Assembly: GCA_045601675.1 (NCBI GenBank)
Contig: JAZSAB010000004.1
Coordinates: forward strand, 1-48,217
Direction: 5' to 3'
DNA: 48,217 bases
Source of the DNA: Faecousia sp.
GTDB taxonomy: Bacteria > Bacillota > Clostridia > Oscillospirales > Oscillospiraceae
Under the pieces are notes generated by a model. The model was not told the DNA's origin. It saw only the letters and a program-made list of their open reading frames with translations, and did not search any database. Every line of letters starts with the position of its first letter. The first letter of the stretch is position 1. The position numbers and the translations under genes were made by a program. Below are positions 46,627 through 48,217 of this stretch, one piece after another.

Positions 46627-47967
46627 ATGGAATATATCGTTCATACCTCCTGCGGCGCTCTGCAGGGCTGCGCAGGTCCCGTTCCCGGTACCGCCGCCTA
46701 CAAGGGCATCCGCTACGCAACCGCCGGTCGCTGGGAATACCCCGTCCAGGTCACCCATTGGGATGGCATTTATGACGCCACCCAGTACGGCGCCTGCTCC
46801 TATCAGCCCCGGTCCTTCTATAACGAAGCAGAGAATCTGAAGAAGATCTTCTATTACAACGAATTTCGCAAAGGCGAAGCCTACACCTACGATGAGGATT
46901 GCCTGTTTTTGAATGTCTTTGCTCCGGATCATGCCAAGGCTGGCGATAAGCTGCCGGTCCTCGTGTACATCCACGGCGGCGGCTTCACCGGCGGCTGCGG
47001 TCATGAAAAGCATTTTGACGGTCCTGTCTGGACCCAGCAGGGCATTATCGGCGTGACACTGAACTACCGCCTGGGTCCCATGGGCTTTGTGTGCCTGCCC
47101 CAGCTGAAGGAAGAGGCGGGATTCACCGGCAATTACGGTCTTTACGACCAGATGACCGCCATCCAATGGGTCAAGGATAACGTTTCCGCATTTGGCGGAG
47201 ATCCGGAAAACATCACCATTATGGGTCAGAGCGCCGGCGCAGCCAGTGTGCAGATGCTCTCCTGCAGCCCCCTGACCGCAGGCTTATTCCAGCGGGCAGT
47301 GATGTCCAGCGGCTGCGGCCTGGGAGGTCTGATGTCCGGCTCCGCGGAAAAGTCCAGCGCATTTTGGCAGGCGGTTATGGAGCGCAGCGGCTGTAAGACT
47401 CTGGAGCAGTTCCGGGCTCTGCCTCCGGAAAAGCTGTTTGAGATGTGGCAGATCTGCAAGAAAGAGATCAAGGGTGGCAACGCGGCAACCTTCCCCGTAA
47501 AGGACGGTCGGTTTGCCGTAGAGGACGCGCAACCTCACAACATCCATTACATGGCTGGCTCCACCAGCCACGACATCGCTCCCCCTATGCTGTTCAGCAT
47601 GACCCGCAAGTGGATCGCAAACCGGGAAAAGCCCAGCTATACCTGGTATTTCGACCGGATGCTGCCCGGCGATGACCACGGCGCGTGGCATTCTTCGGAT
47701 CTTTGGTACTGGTTCGGCACGCTGGAAAACTGCTGGCGCCCCATGGAGGAAAAGGACCGCGCTCTGAGTCAGCAGATGGTTTCCTATCTTTGCAATTTCG
47801 TCCGTACCGGTGACCCCAACCAGGCTGGGGAGCTGCCAACCTGGATCGCATCGGATACGAACCAAAAGCGTGTGCTGATCCTGGGCGAAAAGGATACCCA
47901 CATGGGTAAGCCCAGCATGCTGAAAATGGTCAAGACCATGCTCACCAACCACGCCCCCGGCGAATAA
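46627..47967 (+). CDS. Type-B carboxylesterase
   Basis: EDCLFLNV, YIHGGGF, GQSAG nucleophile, AWHSSDL. Confidence 0.9.
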   Translation: MEYIVHTSCGALQGCAGPVPGTAAYKGIRYATAGRWEYPVQVTHWDGIYDATQYGACSYQPRSFYNEAENLKKIFYYNEFRKGEAYTYDEDCLFLNVFAPDHAKAGDKLPVLVYIHGGGFTGGCGHEKHFDGPVWTQQGIIGVTLNYRLGPMGFVCLPQLKEEAGFTGNYGLYDQMTAIQWVKDNVSAFGGDPENITIMGQSAGAASVQMLSCSPLTAGLFQRAVMSSGCGLGGLMSGSAEKSSAFWQAVMERSGCKTLEQFRALPPEKLFEMWQICKKEIKGGNAATFPVKDGRFAVEDAQPHNIHYMAGSTSHDIAPPMLFSMTRKWIANREKPSYTWYFDRMLPGDDHGAWHSSDLWYWFGTLENCWRPMEEKDRALSQQMVSYLCNFVRTGDPNQAGELPTWIASDTNQKRVLILGEKDTHMGKPSMLKMVKTMLTNHAPGE

Positions 47968-47977
47968 CGCAATAAAT

Positions 47978-48007
47978 AAAAAGGCCACCCCAAAGGGTGG
48001 TCTTTTT
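47978..48007 (+). terminator. Intrinsic terminator
   Basis: AAAAAGGCCACCC-CAAA-GGGTGGTCTTTTT. Confidence 0.75.
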
Positions 48008-48086
48008 CTGGTTATGGGAAGAGGACTTTTTATTCCCTTTATGACGGACTCCTTCCAAGATTGGTCCTGCGTATCTCCCCGTTTGC

Positions 48087-48217
48087 GGTGTCCGATAAAA
48101 TCTTCGGGCTTACGCATTTCCTCCATTTTATCGACCCCAGCACTCGAAGCCCCCGCACTTCATCTGCCCCCCCCAGCGTGCAGGGGCTTCGGCCCCACGC
48201 GCTACGCTCGTCGGGCT
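48087..48217. repeat. Multi-hairpin non-coding element, truncated at the window edge
   Basis: CGATAAAAT (48093-48101)/ATTTTATCG (48125-48133) and CGAAGCCCC...GCAC/GTGC...GGGGCTTCG (48145-48191). Confidence 0.4.

Noticed and set aside
47284-48126. 280-aa minus-strand ORF
   Set aside because: Starts inside a palindromic element, crosses a terminator and is antisense to the esterase.

Overview
Gene-dense 48.2 kb chromosomal segment of a Firmicute. Gene content, strong AGGAGG SD sites and TTGACA/TATAAT promoters suggest a gut clostridium, probably Oscillospiraceae-like (inference). No rRNA, tRNA, CRISPR array, integrase or transposase was seen. In order: hisS (partial)-mgsA-like-minD; THF riboswitch with an extended FolT; His-rich protein with CooT; YitT; a carbohydrate ABC operon with a large AraC regulator; an ~8.5 kb co-oriented array of 11 small-molecule-modifying genes (SAM methyltransferases, GNATs, nucleoside phosphorylase, P-loop kinase, NUDIX-MTase and GNAT-APH fusions, an HExxH pseudogene); a three-SPFH-gene plus P1B-ATPase operon; a frameshifted nitrilase; VIT1; upp-uraA; an acetylesterase; a secreted Ig-repeat protein; TetR/CDF modules; galE; a cysteine-desulfidase-like gene; Mn catalase; and a GH20/AraC/GPH-transporter/esterase locus. 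The best novelty candidates are (1) two unannotated leader-peptide attenuators with matching architecture (promoter, SD, uORF whose stop sits in a hairpin loop, GCAAGC/GCTTGC terminator) that head the enzyme array, and (2) the triple-SPFH plus atypical P1B-ATPase operon. All calls come from reading motifs by eye; no database searches or folding programs were run.
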